From positions 29,388,001 through 29,452,000 of the forward strand of contig NC_043005.1 in assembly GCF_006345805.1 (NCBI RefSeq): a stretch of DNA of 64,000 nucleotides. The letters are read 5' to 3'. Below, one piece after another: positions 40,849 to 53,139 of this stretch. Position 1 is the first letter of the stretch, and each line of letters begins with the position of its first letter. The translations under genes and the position numbers were made by a program. The notes under the pieces were generated by a model that was not told the DNA's origin, ran no database searches, and worked only from the letters and a program-made list of their open reading frames with translations. Origin of the DNA: Octopus sinensis (lineage: Eukaryota).

Positions 40849-42691
40849 GGTGCTAGGACAATTCGTTCCTGGTTATTTCGTCGTCGGTTAATTAGACCCC
40901 GATCAATCCGTCGTTGATCAATTCATTTCCAGGTCAATTCGTCCCCAAATACTCTTAAATGTGGTTTTCGAGGGAAAGTTTAGAACAATCATTTTAGAAT
41001 TAAAATTGTCGTTGGGCAATTTTAGATATTTTTTTCCTTTCTTTAACCCACCTCTTCTCTCAAGTTTCTGCGCTGAACAGTTTACGAACAAATATTTTCA
41101 AGTAAATCGAATTAAATTTATTCAATACGCTTGCCCATCAACATGACTGCTTGCAAGATCATAACTTCAGAGAAAGGAAAAATCTAAGTGGTCGATTAAG
41201 AAAATTATACATGCACAAAAAATAAGCAGAATGCAGATGGATTGAAGATATACTGGAGGTGCGAAAATCATGTATGCAAGGCGAGGCTTCATACAGATGA
41301 AACTATAAAGACCTTAAGATGACTGGGATCCATAATCACGCTTCAACTACTGTAGAGGTAAATGCAAGGATAATAGTTTCAAATATCAAAGTCTATTTCA
41401 TCTCGTGATGCTCCGCTCTCAATTATCGCTAGTGAAGTTCAGAATTTAAACCACTCTACATTGTCGCAAATACATCCGTTTGCACAGCTTAATAGGAATA
41501 TTAGACGTCGGAGGCAAGTTGATTCCAGCACTCCTGCCCACCCCCCACTTACAAATGTTGGGTTTTCCATTCCAAGTGAATACTTGTACCTTGACAATGA
41601 TGAAACGTTTTTAAAGTATAACAGCGGGATGGAAGATTCAAAACGAATAACTAGTATTTGCAAGTGACGAAGCACTTCGACAGTTAAAACAGTACAAGAA
41701 CTGGGTGACAGATGGAACATTAAAGAGCTGCTCTAGTATATTTTTTCAGTTATATATACTTCACATTCAAATTGATAATTTTAATGTCCCACGATTGTTC
41801 ACATTGCTCTCTGACAAAACTCAAAACATATAGTAGACTTTTTGCCAAAATAAATGAATTACTATAGAATGAGGGACCTTATAATATAATTATGGATTTC
41901 GAAAAAGCAGCACATAATGGATTTCTGGAATCGTTTCTGAGGTCATATTTGGCATGCTGCTTGTTTCATTTAGGACAAAATGTGTACAAGCATGTCGTGC
42001 AAGAAGGACTAAAATGCAGATATCATGAAGATGACAGTTTTAGTCCCAAAATGCGGTGTTTTGTTGCCCTTGTTTTACAGCCAGCTAATGATGTTGCAGA
42101 TGGATATGAACAACTTGTAGATGATGATGATATTCCTCAGTCAAATTGTATCCTATTTTGAAAATAATTATATAGGACCACCTAGAGGAAGAGGACAGAG
42201 GAGGCGATGCCTTGAACCGCCATTTCTATTACCTATATGGAATGTTTGGGATCGAAGTATGACAGGGATTGCTGGTACTACAAATAGTTTAGAAGCCTAA
42301 CACAGGTCGCTGAAAAACACAGTGATTATCAGCCATCCAAGTACTTGGAAATTTATTGATGTGATTAAATGTGAGGAAAGGTTTGCCAGTACCAAATTGC
42401 AGAAATTTATGCAAGGAGGAGAACCATGCCAAAAGAAAAAATACAGAGATATGAACCTGCGTATAAAGAATGTCATAGCAGAATTATTTTTCTAAAAGCA
42501 ATTGCAGACAATCTTAAACTTTAGGAAAAAATAAATATGTAATACAGCAAACCTTCAAATAAACGTTTTTTTTAAAATTCAGATATTCGTTCTTCGATTT
42601 TTCCTATGATCTCGACGAATTGACCTGGGACGAATTGACCAACGACGAACTGCCCGGGGACGAATTAACCGACGACAAATTGACCGACACC
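40849..42691 (+). mobile_element. MULE (Mutator-like, Phantom-type) transposon with decayed transposase
   Basis: YWRCENHVCKARLHT..H.H zinc finger; DGTLK, MDFEKAA, CLFHLGQ, TTNSLEA*H; GGTG...CACC termini with subterminal repeats; GTTCACAC/ATTCACAC flanks. Confidence 0.9.
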
Positions 42692-44321
42692 ATTCACACA
42701 TAACATAGTAGAAAGTATATCACAAGGTAATGCTAAAGTTAAACAGGGTGTAATGTGAGACATAAATTAATTCACCCATAACTTCCGAGGTAGTTAAGAG
42801 CTGCAAGGTGTAAATTGATGCAAAAATCTAATGAGTGTAGTTTAGTTGCGAAGGGAAATAGAAATCCCAAGGTAGTAAAAATGATGTTTACTAATTGGCG
42901 TTAAATCAGCGACGTGTCTTGTCATCTGGTTGTTCAATCAGCAACTGGTGTTTCCGACTCAAAGTTCTATCAGCATCTAACTTTTGCGCTTGAAAAAGGC
43001 GCGCTTCACTGCTGTGCGGAAGTTGCTACATGTATCCTTCCGCAGCCAGCAGTAATTGGATGAAATGGGCATAGCACGACTGTGCTATACCGCCACCACA
43101 AAATAGTGCTAACATGCTTCACTACAAAGTCATCTAAGTAAATATAAATACTGAACAATGTATACATTGAAAGTTTCAGAAATAAACAGTTTTATTTAAG
43201 CAATATTATAAGGTTATTATTTACTAAGCTTTCGCTGGGAAAGATCACCCAAATTTCTATTAATTACCCAAGTATTTACCGAACATGCCATATATTTTTC
43301 TGAAACTGAGATTAGAGTGAAAATTATTGATTTTTAACCTAATTCTTTCGATGACACTGATGTATTTAAACTGAATATATCTTCTATTATAATAATACTC
43401 TTGTGTTTTTCTCCATCACAACATTTGAATGAGAAAAGAAGAGGAGATAGATGAATAAGGAATGAATGAATGAAGGAAGGAAGGAAGGAAGGAAGGAAGG
43501 AAGGAAGGAAGGGGTGATGGCAAACTTGGTAGTGGTATGATGGAAAATCTAGGATGAAAAAAGAATCAAATCGCGTTTCAACTCTGTGTGAGTATATGCG
43601 TGTGTGTGTAAAAGGAAGGTATGTGAATGTGTGTGCAATGGAAGTGGGATGGTGAACATTCAACGTTGAAAAGAAAAATCAGACAGCGTTTCAACTCTGT
43701 GTATTTGGTATTTACTTGCCAGCTTCCCTATTTACTCACAGTCAACTTTATGTGGCCTTAAGTCGGACAAGAAAGAAGGAAAACTTTAAAATTCTATTGA
43801 AACAGGCAGTCAAGGAATGTTAGTTGCAGATAGATTTTTCGCAAAAAATTTGGTAATAAAAGAATTATTAAACTCAAAATTTGGTTTTGTACCTTATCTA
43901 TATATAAAATACTACTATTAGCCGTCATTTTTGACGGTACGGAGTCAGCTAGCTTTATATAAAAGTTAACAGTATAAACGGACAAACAATTTGAAATTGA
44001 TATTTTAACATGTCACCAGCAGACGATAGTTGTTTAACCCCAAGACAACCATGCCAGAGCAGATGTATGATCAAAGAGCATTCCAGTTATTCCCATCTGG
44101 TACTTTTGTATACCTAGGACTATATTTTCATATAAAAAAAAATCGTGAGCCTCAGGTTTTATATGGACAGTCACTCGATTTTCATGGAGTATAAATGACC
44201 GATAATATAATGTTCCCCCTGAATGGGACGCTAGACCGTTGCCGGGTTCAAGGCCAGTTATTTTGAGGTTAGGAGACAAATTCATTATATAAATCCTAGT
44301 ATTCGGCTGGTTCTCCGTTTT

Positions 44322-44451
44322 ATCGTCCCTGAAGGGATGGAAAACAAAATTGACCTTGGCGATACTGAGCTCAGAACTTAAAAGGCAGGAAGAAATGCTG
44401 CTAAACATTTTTTTCCCCAAGGGCCTAACGATTCTGTCAATTTGCTGCCTT
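44322..44451 (-). mobile_element. SINE family B, old 5' fragment
   Basis: Diverged match to 61120-61249. Confidence 0.6.
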
Positions 44452-44889
44452 CACAAATCCACATACATTCCATTTCAAGATGGTGAAATGTTACTTGAGG
44501 GAGATTTTACTCGTATTTCTAGTAAGTAGCATGACTAGTGGATGGCGACTTTTACTACATCACAATATCAACTGTCAGTCACTGATACACGCGAAAATAT
44601 TAACGGTGGCGAAAGAAACCACTTAAAAGAAAGAATTGATCGAATTTAATTTATAGTCTTTTTCATTAAAAGTACAACATCAAAGAGCAGCTGTTCCCTT
44701 ACCTCTCTCTCCCTTTAAGCTATCAAACACACGCAAACAAAATATAAACACAGACACACACACATAATGTGCGCATAATGATTTTAAGAATCAATTTGTA
44801 ACATACACATACATGCACTGACATATAAACTGTAGAAACTGCCTTATGTGATCTCTTTGGAAGAAAATCTTTTCGATAATAACTGCGAT

Positions 44890-45305
<416 letters not shown>

Positions 45306-46099
45306 AATATGTTTATAGTTATATTAACAGTCAAGGTACAATATGTGCCTGTTTGCTTGAAAAATCGAGACAAGAAGAAAAAAGGATAATTCAGCAGAAT
45401 TTATTGGAAGACATAAGCAAAGAAATAACGTTTTATGAGAAACATCAGAAGAGACACCCAGGCGGGCTCCATTGCTTGCATACAACTTGCTGAGTTATCC
45501 TTATTCTTTTTCTCAATTTGTCAAATTGTAAACGTATACATACACACTCTCATAAGCTCGTCCTCCTAGCGTTCATAATAATTTTTCTGTCGTCTTGGCT
45601 TAACAGACCTCACCGCTTGTTTTTACTGTCTTGTTCTCACTGTCCGGTTTTTGTTACCACTTTCACCCTCCGCAAAAAATCCCAAATTTATTTGCTTTGC
45701 GGGAAGGACTGTTTCAACAAAGTCGCGTATTGTCCTTGCCTTCGTCACGCGGAGTGGATGAAACAAGGACAACTGATGGAGGGGAATTTTCTTTGTTGCA
45801 TGTCTGGTTTCTCTGTTGTTTTTTTCGTTGTTCGAAAAAAGATCGATTTCTATGTTTTTGTTTTTATGTTTTCGCTTCTCATTGTGTTCAAAGTTTTTTT
45901 ATGTCCTGTACCCATATATACATGTATATATACATATATATGTAGGTATGTAATATATGTATGTATATATGCATATATTATATATATATATATATATATA
46001 TAAATTATATATATACACACACGTACATATGTTGTGAACATTATATATATATATATGTATGTATGTATATCTATCTGTCTGTATATGTATATATATATA

Positions 46100-46154
<55 letters not shown>

Positions 46155-46200
46155 TCTAAGTCTCTCTAAAGGAGACTACGGCAGCAATATTGGGTATTAA

Positions 46201-46492
46201 TAGTTATTGCCAGCAGTCCAGGAAAATAGGATGAATGCTGCTGTTGAATAGGTCCAAGAGAGCATCGCTTCTAGTTAGCTATGTAAGACACCACACAAAC
46301 CTGTGTTAATTACAACCTTCGAACAGGGGAGGTCAGCAACTTCCCCATGGTGGTTCAGACATCCACAGACTAGTTTCAGGGTATTTGCCCCTTATCAATG
46401 TGGAGTAGTCGGACCCAGCAGGCGTCGCTGTTGACTGCCTGTTCGAAGGTGTCCTATTTTTCTGGACTGCCATGTTAGCTTGTTGATAACTA
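46201..46492 (-). ncRNA. Foldback element with central hammerhead (retrozyme-like candidate)
   Basis: Nested inverted repeats 46213-46231/46452-46470 and 46316-46327/46438-46449 enclose the HHR at 46362-46404. Confidence 0.6.
46362..46404 (-). ncRNA. Type I hammerhead ribozyme with U3-A8 core pair
   Basis: UCCACA-UUGAUAA-GGGG(CAAAUA)CCCU-GAA-ACUAGU-C/UGUGGA: 6-bp helix I, GUC triplet, palindromic helix III. Confidence 0.8.
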
Positions 46493-46507
46493 TATCTATC
46501 TAACTAT

Positions 46508-46573
<66 letters not shown>

Positions 46574-46603
46574 GTCTGTCTATATATATATATATATATA
46601 TAT

Positions 46604-46957
46604 GTGGAGGCGCAATGGCCCAGTGGTTAGGGCAGCGGACTCGCGGTCATAGGATCGCAGTTTCGATTCCCAGACCGGTCGTTGTGAGTGTTTATTGAGC
46701 GAAAACACATAAAGCTCCCTGCTGTACTCTCTCACCACAACTTTCTCTCACTCTTACTTCCTGTTTCTGTTGTACCTGTATTTCAAAAAGGCCGGCCTTG
46801 TCACTCTCTGTGTCACGCTGAATATCCCCGAGAACTACGTTAAGGGTACATGTGTCTGTGGAGTGCTCAGCCACTTACACGTTAATTTCACGAGCAGGCT
46901 GTTCCGTTGATTCGGATCAGCCGGAACCCTCGTCGTCGTAACCGACGGAGTGCTTCC
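46604..46957 (+). mobile_element. tRNA-derived SINE, family C, full length
   Basis: A-box-like TGGCCCAGTGG, B-box-like GTTTCGATTCC; tail ...GTCGTAACCGACGGAGTG. Confidence 0.88.
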
Positions 46958-46969
46958 ATCCATCCATAT

Positions 46970-47012
<43 letters not shown>

Positions 47013-47496
47013 CTCTACGGAAAATGCATCATTGATACACATTTATCTGGATATATATAATACTGAATTCCAGTTACATGGCTGTAGATGTCTGCAGTTA
47101 TAAAAGTATAAATTGTAACGGCAGAAACAGATTGGTTCAAGAAATGTATTTTAGTTCCGTAATCTTTTCATTCCAAACCTTTTTATAAATGTACAGTTAA
47201 AAATCTCTTAAAAGGAAACTGCTAGCTTCGACTTTTTTTATGACTTACGTTGTGTGACAAATCGAAGAGGTTATATTTATAAACATCTATCCGCAAACCA
47301 TAAAATACCACAAAACAAACTTATGTACAAAATAATCTTGATTAACAGTAAGAAAAACTTCAATCAATGCATGTTGTGACCTGATTATGTCGCGTGTTTT
47401 TACTCCTTTCTTTACACGGCACACTGAACATTCTAGTATCAGATCAAAATACTTTTTTCATAATCTCTTTCTCTCAACCCATACCCTAAACTTAGA

Positions 47497-47587
47497 AGCA
47501 CTTGCCCAAGGTGCCACGCAGTGGGACTGAACCCGCAACCATGTGGTTGGTAAGAAAGCCTCTTACCACACAGCCACCCCAGCGCCT
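47497..47587 (-). mobile_element. SINE family A head fragment
   Basis: Reverse complement of the GGCGC..GGCTGTGTGGTAAG..GGTTCAGTCCCACTGCGTGGCACCTTGGGCAAG head. Confidence 0.8.
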
Positions 47588-47707
47588 AGATATATATATA
47601 TAATTTTTTCAATAACTTCGAAATTTCGACTCACCGGTATATATATATATATAAAATATATTAATAAATAAAACATATGCATATATATATATGTACGTAC
47701 CTACCTC

Positions 47708-47738
<31 letters not shown>

Positions 47739-47937
47739 TTCGTTTTGGGATTTGGTTTGCAAGATTCTTTATGTGAGTTCGAGTGTTGAAGCATATTCTG
47801 TTGTGTCTGGGGAGAGTCATTCTCTTTGAGTGCCTAAAATCCTAAGATTTCCGTTTGCGTCTTGCAACCTTTTCAATATACATGCACACACACACACAGA
47901 CCTCCCCCCACACACAGACAGACAGACACACACACAC

Positions 47938-47990
<53 letters not shown>

Positions 47991-48270
47991 CATAAATAAT
48001 ATATGTATCTATATATGTAGTAATAATACTTTTTCAATTCACAAATAAAATCCCAAATAGGTCAGGAATTTTTCTCAGCTTTAGATAATCACTTCCCAAA
48101 TTCTTGCAAATATCACAAAATTATCAACAGACATAATACGAAATTAGCAGATGCGACATCGTACAGTCTTGAATACTACATACACAACTTAAATAGCTTA
48201 AAAGTCAGTGGGATAAAACAAGAGGGGGCTTACAGAAAAACCGCAGATGAAAACAAAAACAACGATGGAA

Positions 48271-48513
48271 TGTACATTATTTACATTATATACTGTCCAG
48301 CCTTCATCTGTCTTGGGGAAATTTCGAACCTTCGAACTTGGGTTCTCATTCCTAAGGTATTTTTCCGATGTTTTTGTTATTATTATTATTATTGTTGTTG
48401 TTGTTGTTGTTGTTGTTATTATTGTTATTATTATTATTCAGGTCACTGCTTTGAATCGAACTCGGAATCTTGGGGTTAGTAGCCCGCGCTATTAAGCACT
48501 ACGCCATATGCCC
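48271..48513 (-). mobile_element. tRNA-headed HHR element, internally deleted copy
   Basis: Head GGGCATATGGCGTAGTGCTTAATAGCGCGGGCTACTAACCCC; HHR core and 3' half deleted. Confidence 0.85.
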
Positions 48514-48579
48514 GAGGGCCTAGTGGTTAAGAGCGCGGACTACTAACCCCAAGATTCCGAGTTCGATTCCAGGTAGTGA

Positions 48580-48639
<60 letters not shown>

Positions 48640-48830
48640 CAACAACATCGAAAAGTACCTTAGGAATGAGAACCCAGGTTCGAAATTTCCCCAAGACACC
48701 TGATGAAGGCTGGATGGTATATCAGCCGAAACGTTGTGTTAACAACAAACAAGATGAGGACAAATATCCGTCAAATGTAAATAATGTAAATAATGTATAT
48801 AATTCCTCATCTCTTAAATATAAAACTGTA
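48514..48830 (+). mobile_element. tRNA-Ser-like-headed short element with intact HHR
   Basis: TAGTGGTTAAG, GGACTACTAACCC anticodon-like arm, GAGTTCGATTCC, (AAT)n, body, HHR, AAATGTAAATAATGTA tail. Confidence 0.85.
48695..48740 (+). ncRNA. Minimal type I hammerhead ribozyme, canonical core
   Basis: GACAC-CUGAUGA-A-GGCUG(GAUGGUAUAU)CAGCC-GAA-ACGU-U/GUGUU; predicted cut after 48735. Confidence 0.8.
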
Positions 48831-49049
48831 ACACACATACACAATATTCATGCATAAACACACATAATACACACACACACACAACAGTATGACCGATTAC
48901 ATTTTTACATCCACACACACACCTAAAAACGACACAAGAACACACACGGGAGAACACATGCTACGCGCACACATTTGTTGCTACTTACATACGTTTGCAC
49001 ACACACATACACACACACGCACACACACAATTGATAACCTCATTCATAT

Positions 49050-49475
49050 ACGTTAGATAGCCTCGCACACTCCAACACATATGCAAACGTCCACATACGC
49101 ACACACCACTCCCTGCGCGCACGCATTTGTTTACTCACACATATATTCATACGCATGCACTCGCCCACACACACATATGCGCACGCACACATTATCCTCA
49201 CATACACTCACATACTTGCGAGCGCACACTTTAGACAGGTTGCTGTTGTCTCCCTCGCCACCCTTGTCTCCAATAACTTCCTTTCTTCAGGTTAGTTCAA
49301 CTTGTGCAACCGTTAATTCAGACACGTTTCCCCCACTCTCCATCAGCTTTCTTTCCTTTGTGTAGAATAGCATAGGTTCGAAACGTCAACGACTCTTCCA
49401 TTATTCCTGAGTGTCAAATTGATATACCACCTTTGTTTTTCTCCCACTTGTTCTTTGGTTTTTGTACGATTTTGA
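49050..49475 (+). mobile_element. Old PLE pLTR fragment with degenerate HHR (49355-49392)
   Basis: Colinear with 5580-5920; ...AGAATAGCATAGGTTCGAAACGTCAACGAC. Confidence 0.65.
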
Positions 49476-49487
49476 ATCATATATATA

Positions 49488-50140
49488 CGAGGGTAAGTCA
49501 AAAATTACCGCACTTTTGCCATGACATACCTTTATTATTGTCACACTGCCTTCTGCGCATGCGTGCTTATACTCGGTACTCTTGTGGTCACACTGCTACT
49601 ATTGCGGTGGTATTGTGGTCACGAAGTTTGAACCTGATCGCGCTGTTTTTCTTTCTCGCTTTACAGTGTAAGGATGGCCGCTCCACTAGCAGTAAGCACC
49701 AAAGAAGAACAAAGAGCAGTGATTCGATTTCTTTGGAAAAGTGGTGTACGATCAACATTGCAAGATACAGTGCTTTACTGGCCAACAAACTGAAGCTAGC
49801 AATTCGCACCAAACGCCGAAGCCTGTCGTCGAAGAAAGTTTTGTTGCATGACAACGCCCAGACCGTTGAAACCATTAACCGATTGGGTTTTGAGGTGCTG
49901 AAACACCCTGCAAACAGCTTAGTCTATCATATCTTTGGACCGTCCAAAGATGGTTTACGACGTCGTCGATTTCCTATGGATGAAGCTGTGAAGGAAGCAG
50001 TGCATAAATGGTTGCACGACCAACTGAAAACCCTCTTCTTGGAGGGAGTACGCAAACTTGTGGACCGCTGGACTAAGTGTATCGAAAAGGAAGGAGACTA
50101 TATAGAAAAATGATATACTTGTTTATCCCCTGCTTTTGTG
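49488..50140 (+). mobile_element. Mariner transposon A, internally deleted
   Basis: TA|CGAGGG terminus; MAAPLAVSTKEEQRAVIRFLW N-terminus fused to LLHDNA..HP....YHIFG..WTKCIEKEGDYIEK. Confidence 0.88.
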
Positions 50141-50159
50141 TGAATACATTGAAAAAAAA

Positions 50160-50662
50160 AACAACACAGGTGTTGATGAGTGGTTGAATAAACAAATCCA
50201 AGCTTCTCTGCTAGTTCCTCAACAGTTACGATGGGATTTTGTTCCACCAGAGTTTTCAAAACGCCCTCGTCGAGCTCTACATATCTTCCAGTACGAGGCT
50301 CGTCTTCTAGGCTGTAGTTTCCGGCTCGGAATTTCTTGAACCACCGTTGACATTCGCTTACGCATATTGTCCAATCCCCATATACTGCATTAATATTCCT
50401 CGCACTTTTCGCTATGATGTTGCCTTTATTGAATTCATAAAGCAAAATATGCCAAATATGCTCCTTTGCCACTCGCATTATAGCTTTGAAAAAATAACTA
50501 TTAACATCGAACTGCACTCTTCAAAACTTGCACTAAGAATAAATACAAGGTGAAATTACTACCTGCTTTTATGGCAATTTGATGCAGGTAGTTGATCCTG
50601 TCCCCCTGTGACTTTTAATTCATGCAATTGAAAAAAACCGCATTATTTACGGGATGACCCAA
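50160..50662 (-). mobile_element. Mariner transposon B, 5' half
   Basis: TA|TTGGGTCATCCCGTAAATAATGCGG terminus; HIWHILLYEF, CQRWFKKFRAGNYSLEDEPRTGR, VEELAEKLG helix-turn-helix region. Confidence 0.88.
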
Positions 50663-50820
50663 TATATATACATGTATACACGTCCTTTACGGGAAACGTT
50701 TTTGAGTAAGTATATAGAAACCCTTATTTTATTATGTCGGATACAGCCTAACTAATGATACCAACTTGCAATAGCAGTTTTGCAGGGTTGTACTGAGTTG
50801 TGCCGATATAATATAGGATA

Positions 50821-50907
<87 letters not shown>

Positions 50908-51199
50908 AATGATGATAATAATTCATGGATGGAATTTATAAACATTTTAACGCATCACTACGCGCGTTTGCACAAATCGCGTTTCTTTTTTATCCTAGTT
51001 CGTATTCTTGAGATGTTTATAGCTCAGACCGTAGTATCCATGGACATCGGGTGGATTATAGTTCATGTGCTCATTTCATTGGGGGATATGGCACTAACGT
51101 TGGAAGCAACGAATGTATAACCGAAGGATGCTTATCAATTTTCACCAATCAAAAGCTTGATTGGTGTATGTAGGCAGTTTTGTGTATAATTGATAGGGA

Positions 51200-51420
51200 G
51201 GCGATGGAAAGAGAAAAAGGAATGGTAATGATAAAGGAGAGAGAAGAGTGTGTGGTGAGGCTAGACTTGTTTTGAAATTTGTTTCTGCAGATGTCGGGAT
51301 GGGCAGTATAGTTCATTCGTTTGACCTTAATCACAGCAGACGCTTCCTCAATGAATTCAGATGTAGGGTCGGGAAGTAAACAGTAAATTCTGGTGTTGAA
51401 GTTCATTGTTTAAGTCGACA
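51200..51420 (-). pseudogene. Possible PLE pre-RT coding fragment
   Basis: IYCLLPDPTSEF resembles the Y..L..DPT segment that precedes PLE RTs; short and diverged. Confidence 0.4.
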
Positions 51421-51899
51421 AATTGTGCTCTCTTAAAGGGTCCTTCTAATTACTTCTGGCGGTATAATGATATAGTATAAAGTATTGGAAAATAATATTT
51501 TGTTATTATTTGTTTTTTGTTTTGTTTTGTTTAGTTGGTTTATATGTTCTCTTGTTCCATTAAATGCCAATGGCGGTAAGAGTTTTTCTGTTCTGTTCTT
51601 TTCGTATTCTAGGAATGATGCCTTGGTTTTATGCTTGCATGATATAATTACTTTGAAATGTCAATTAATTATATTTTCTCTGGATGTGATGTCCAGGGTT
51701 TCCTCTTGACATAAGTTACACACCCGCGATGTTATATTGTATGGTCTAGCGTTTCATGTTTTGTTTCGTTGGATCATTTCCCTTTGAAAGGCAGTTCGGA
51801 CACTGGTAGAATGTGTCATATAAAAGATCATTTACTCTTAGTGTTGTTGAGAAAAGTTTCTATTTTCAAAGTTATTTCGAGTTAAAGTTGTCGTATTTC

Positions 51900-52345
51900 G
51901 GTAATTTCAACCAATCAATGACGTGTATTCAGCTGAATGAAATTACTGCAGTTGTTTGTCAACAACAACTATCGGTGGTGAATATTTCGTTTGAAAGTGT
52001 TTAGTTACAAAAATTTAATTCCTCGATCTGCCGTTCAAAGGAAAAAGATCCGTTTTGTTTTTTATAGATCAGTTAGTCGAATGCTCCACTCCATTCTGTT
52101 TGAGCTTCCAGATGAAGTTAGATAATGATGTAGAGTGCCTTTTGGTTATATTGGAAAAAATGGTTGCGCAGACGATTTTGCATGGTGCCTCTGGTATTTC
52201 TGTGTACCCTTTTTTTACTTCACATTCGTAAACCACATTTCTTACCATGCAGTTGTTATGACATTTGAATGAATTTTTCCGTCTGATGTTACATGATATA
52301 ACTTCTTTGATTCTGACAGCGGAGTTATTATTAGTTCTCACATTT
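51900..52345 (-). pseudogene. PLE GIY-YIG endonuclease fragment
   Basis: CNIRRKNSFKCHNNCMVRNVVYECEV...KRHSTSLSNFIWKLK. Confidence 0.75.
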
Positions 52346-52469
52346 TTCTTCCTTCAGCAACAGTGTCCTCATTTTCCTTAGGTATGTATTGCACCTCCTA
52401 TTGTATGACGCTGTTTCGACCCATTTTTGCCATGAAGAAGCTTTTATCATTCCTATTTATTATTATTCC

Positions 52470-52648
52470 ATCGTTACAATTCTATATTTAAGAGATGAGG
52501 AATTATGTACATTATTCACTTTTGACGGATATTTGTCCTCGTCTTGTTTGTTGTTAACACAACGTTTCAACTGATATATCATCCAGCCTTCATCAGGTGT
52601 CTTGGGGAAATTTTGAACCTGGGTTTTCATTCCTAAGGTATTTTTCAA

Positions 52649-52650
<2 letters not shown>
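52470..52650 (-). mobile_element. Headless copy of the tRNA-headed HHR element (HHR 52556-52601)
   Basis: GACAC-CUGAUGA-A-GGCUG..CAGUU-GAAACGUU/GUGUU; helix II is retained through G-U pairs; followed on the plus strand by (TTA)n at 52650-52790. Confidence 0.85.
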
Positions 52651-52711
<61 letters not shown>

Positions 52712-52714
52712 TAC

Positions 52715-52789
<75 letters not shown>

Positions 52790-52799
52790 TGAATATAAC

Positions 52800-53083
52800 G
52801 GTGTAGAGATGTGTAGGGTAGAGGATGATACGCAGCGGAAGGTGGGACGTGTATGGTGTGTGGAGGTGGGTTTAGGTCAAGAGAGACGACGAAGTGAAAC
52901 AGAAGAATGAAGAGAGAATATAAATTTCTGCTCTCTACGGAGGGGGGAATCCGGGTGGCCTCTGTACAAAGCCAGTCCGGACACACAGACACAGATGTGG
53001 CGAATGACCAGTCGAGTGGCGGTGATACGCGACCGGGGTGATATTTCCGACTCTGATGTCCCGAAGATGTTCAAGATACAATG

Positions 53084-53139
<56 letters not shown>

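Noticed and set aside
45768-45810. Hammerhead-like CTGATGG-AGGGGAATTTTCTTT-GTTGCATGTC
   Set aside because: A9 and GAAA are both missing; too degenerate to call.
48516-48590. Functional tRNA-Ser gene
   Set aside because: Poorly paired T and acceptor stems, no long variable arm, unusual ACU anticodon, and embedded in a dispersed repeat.
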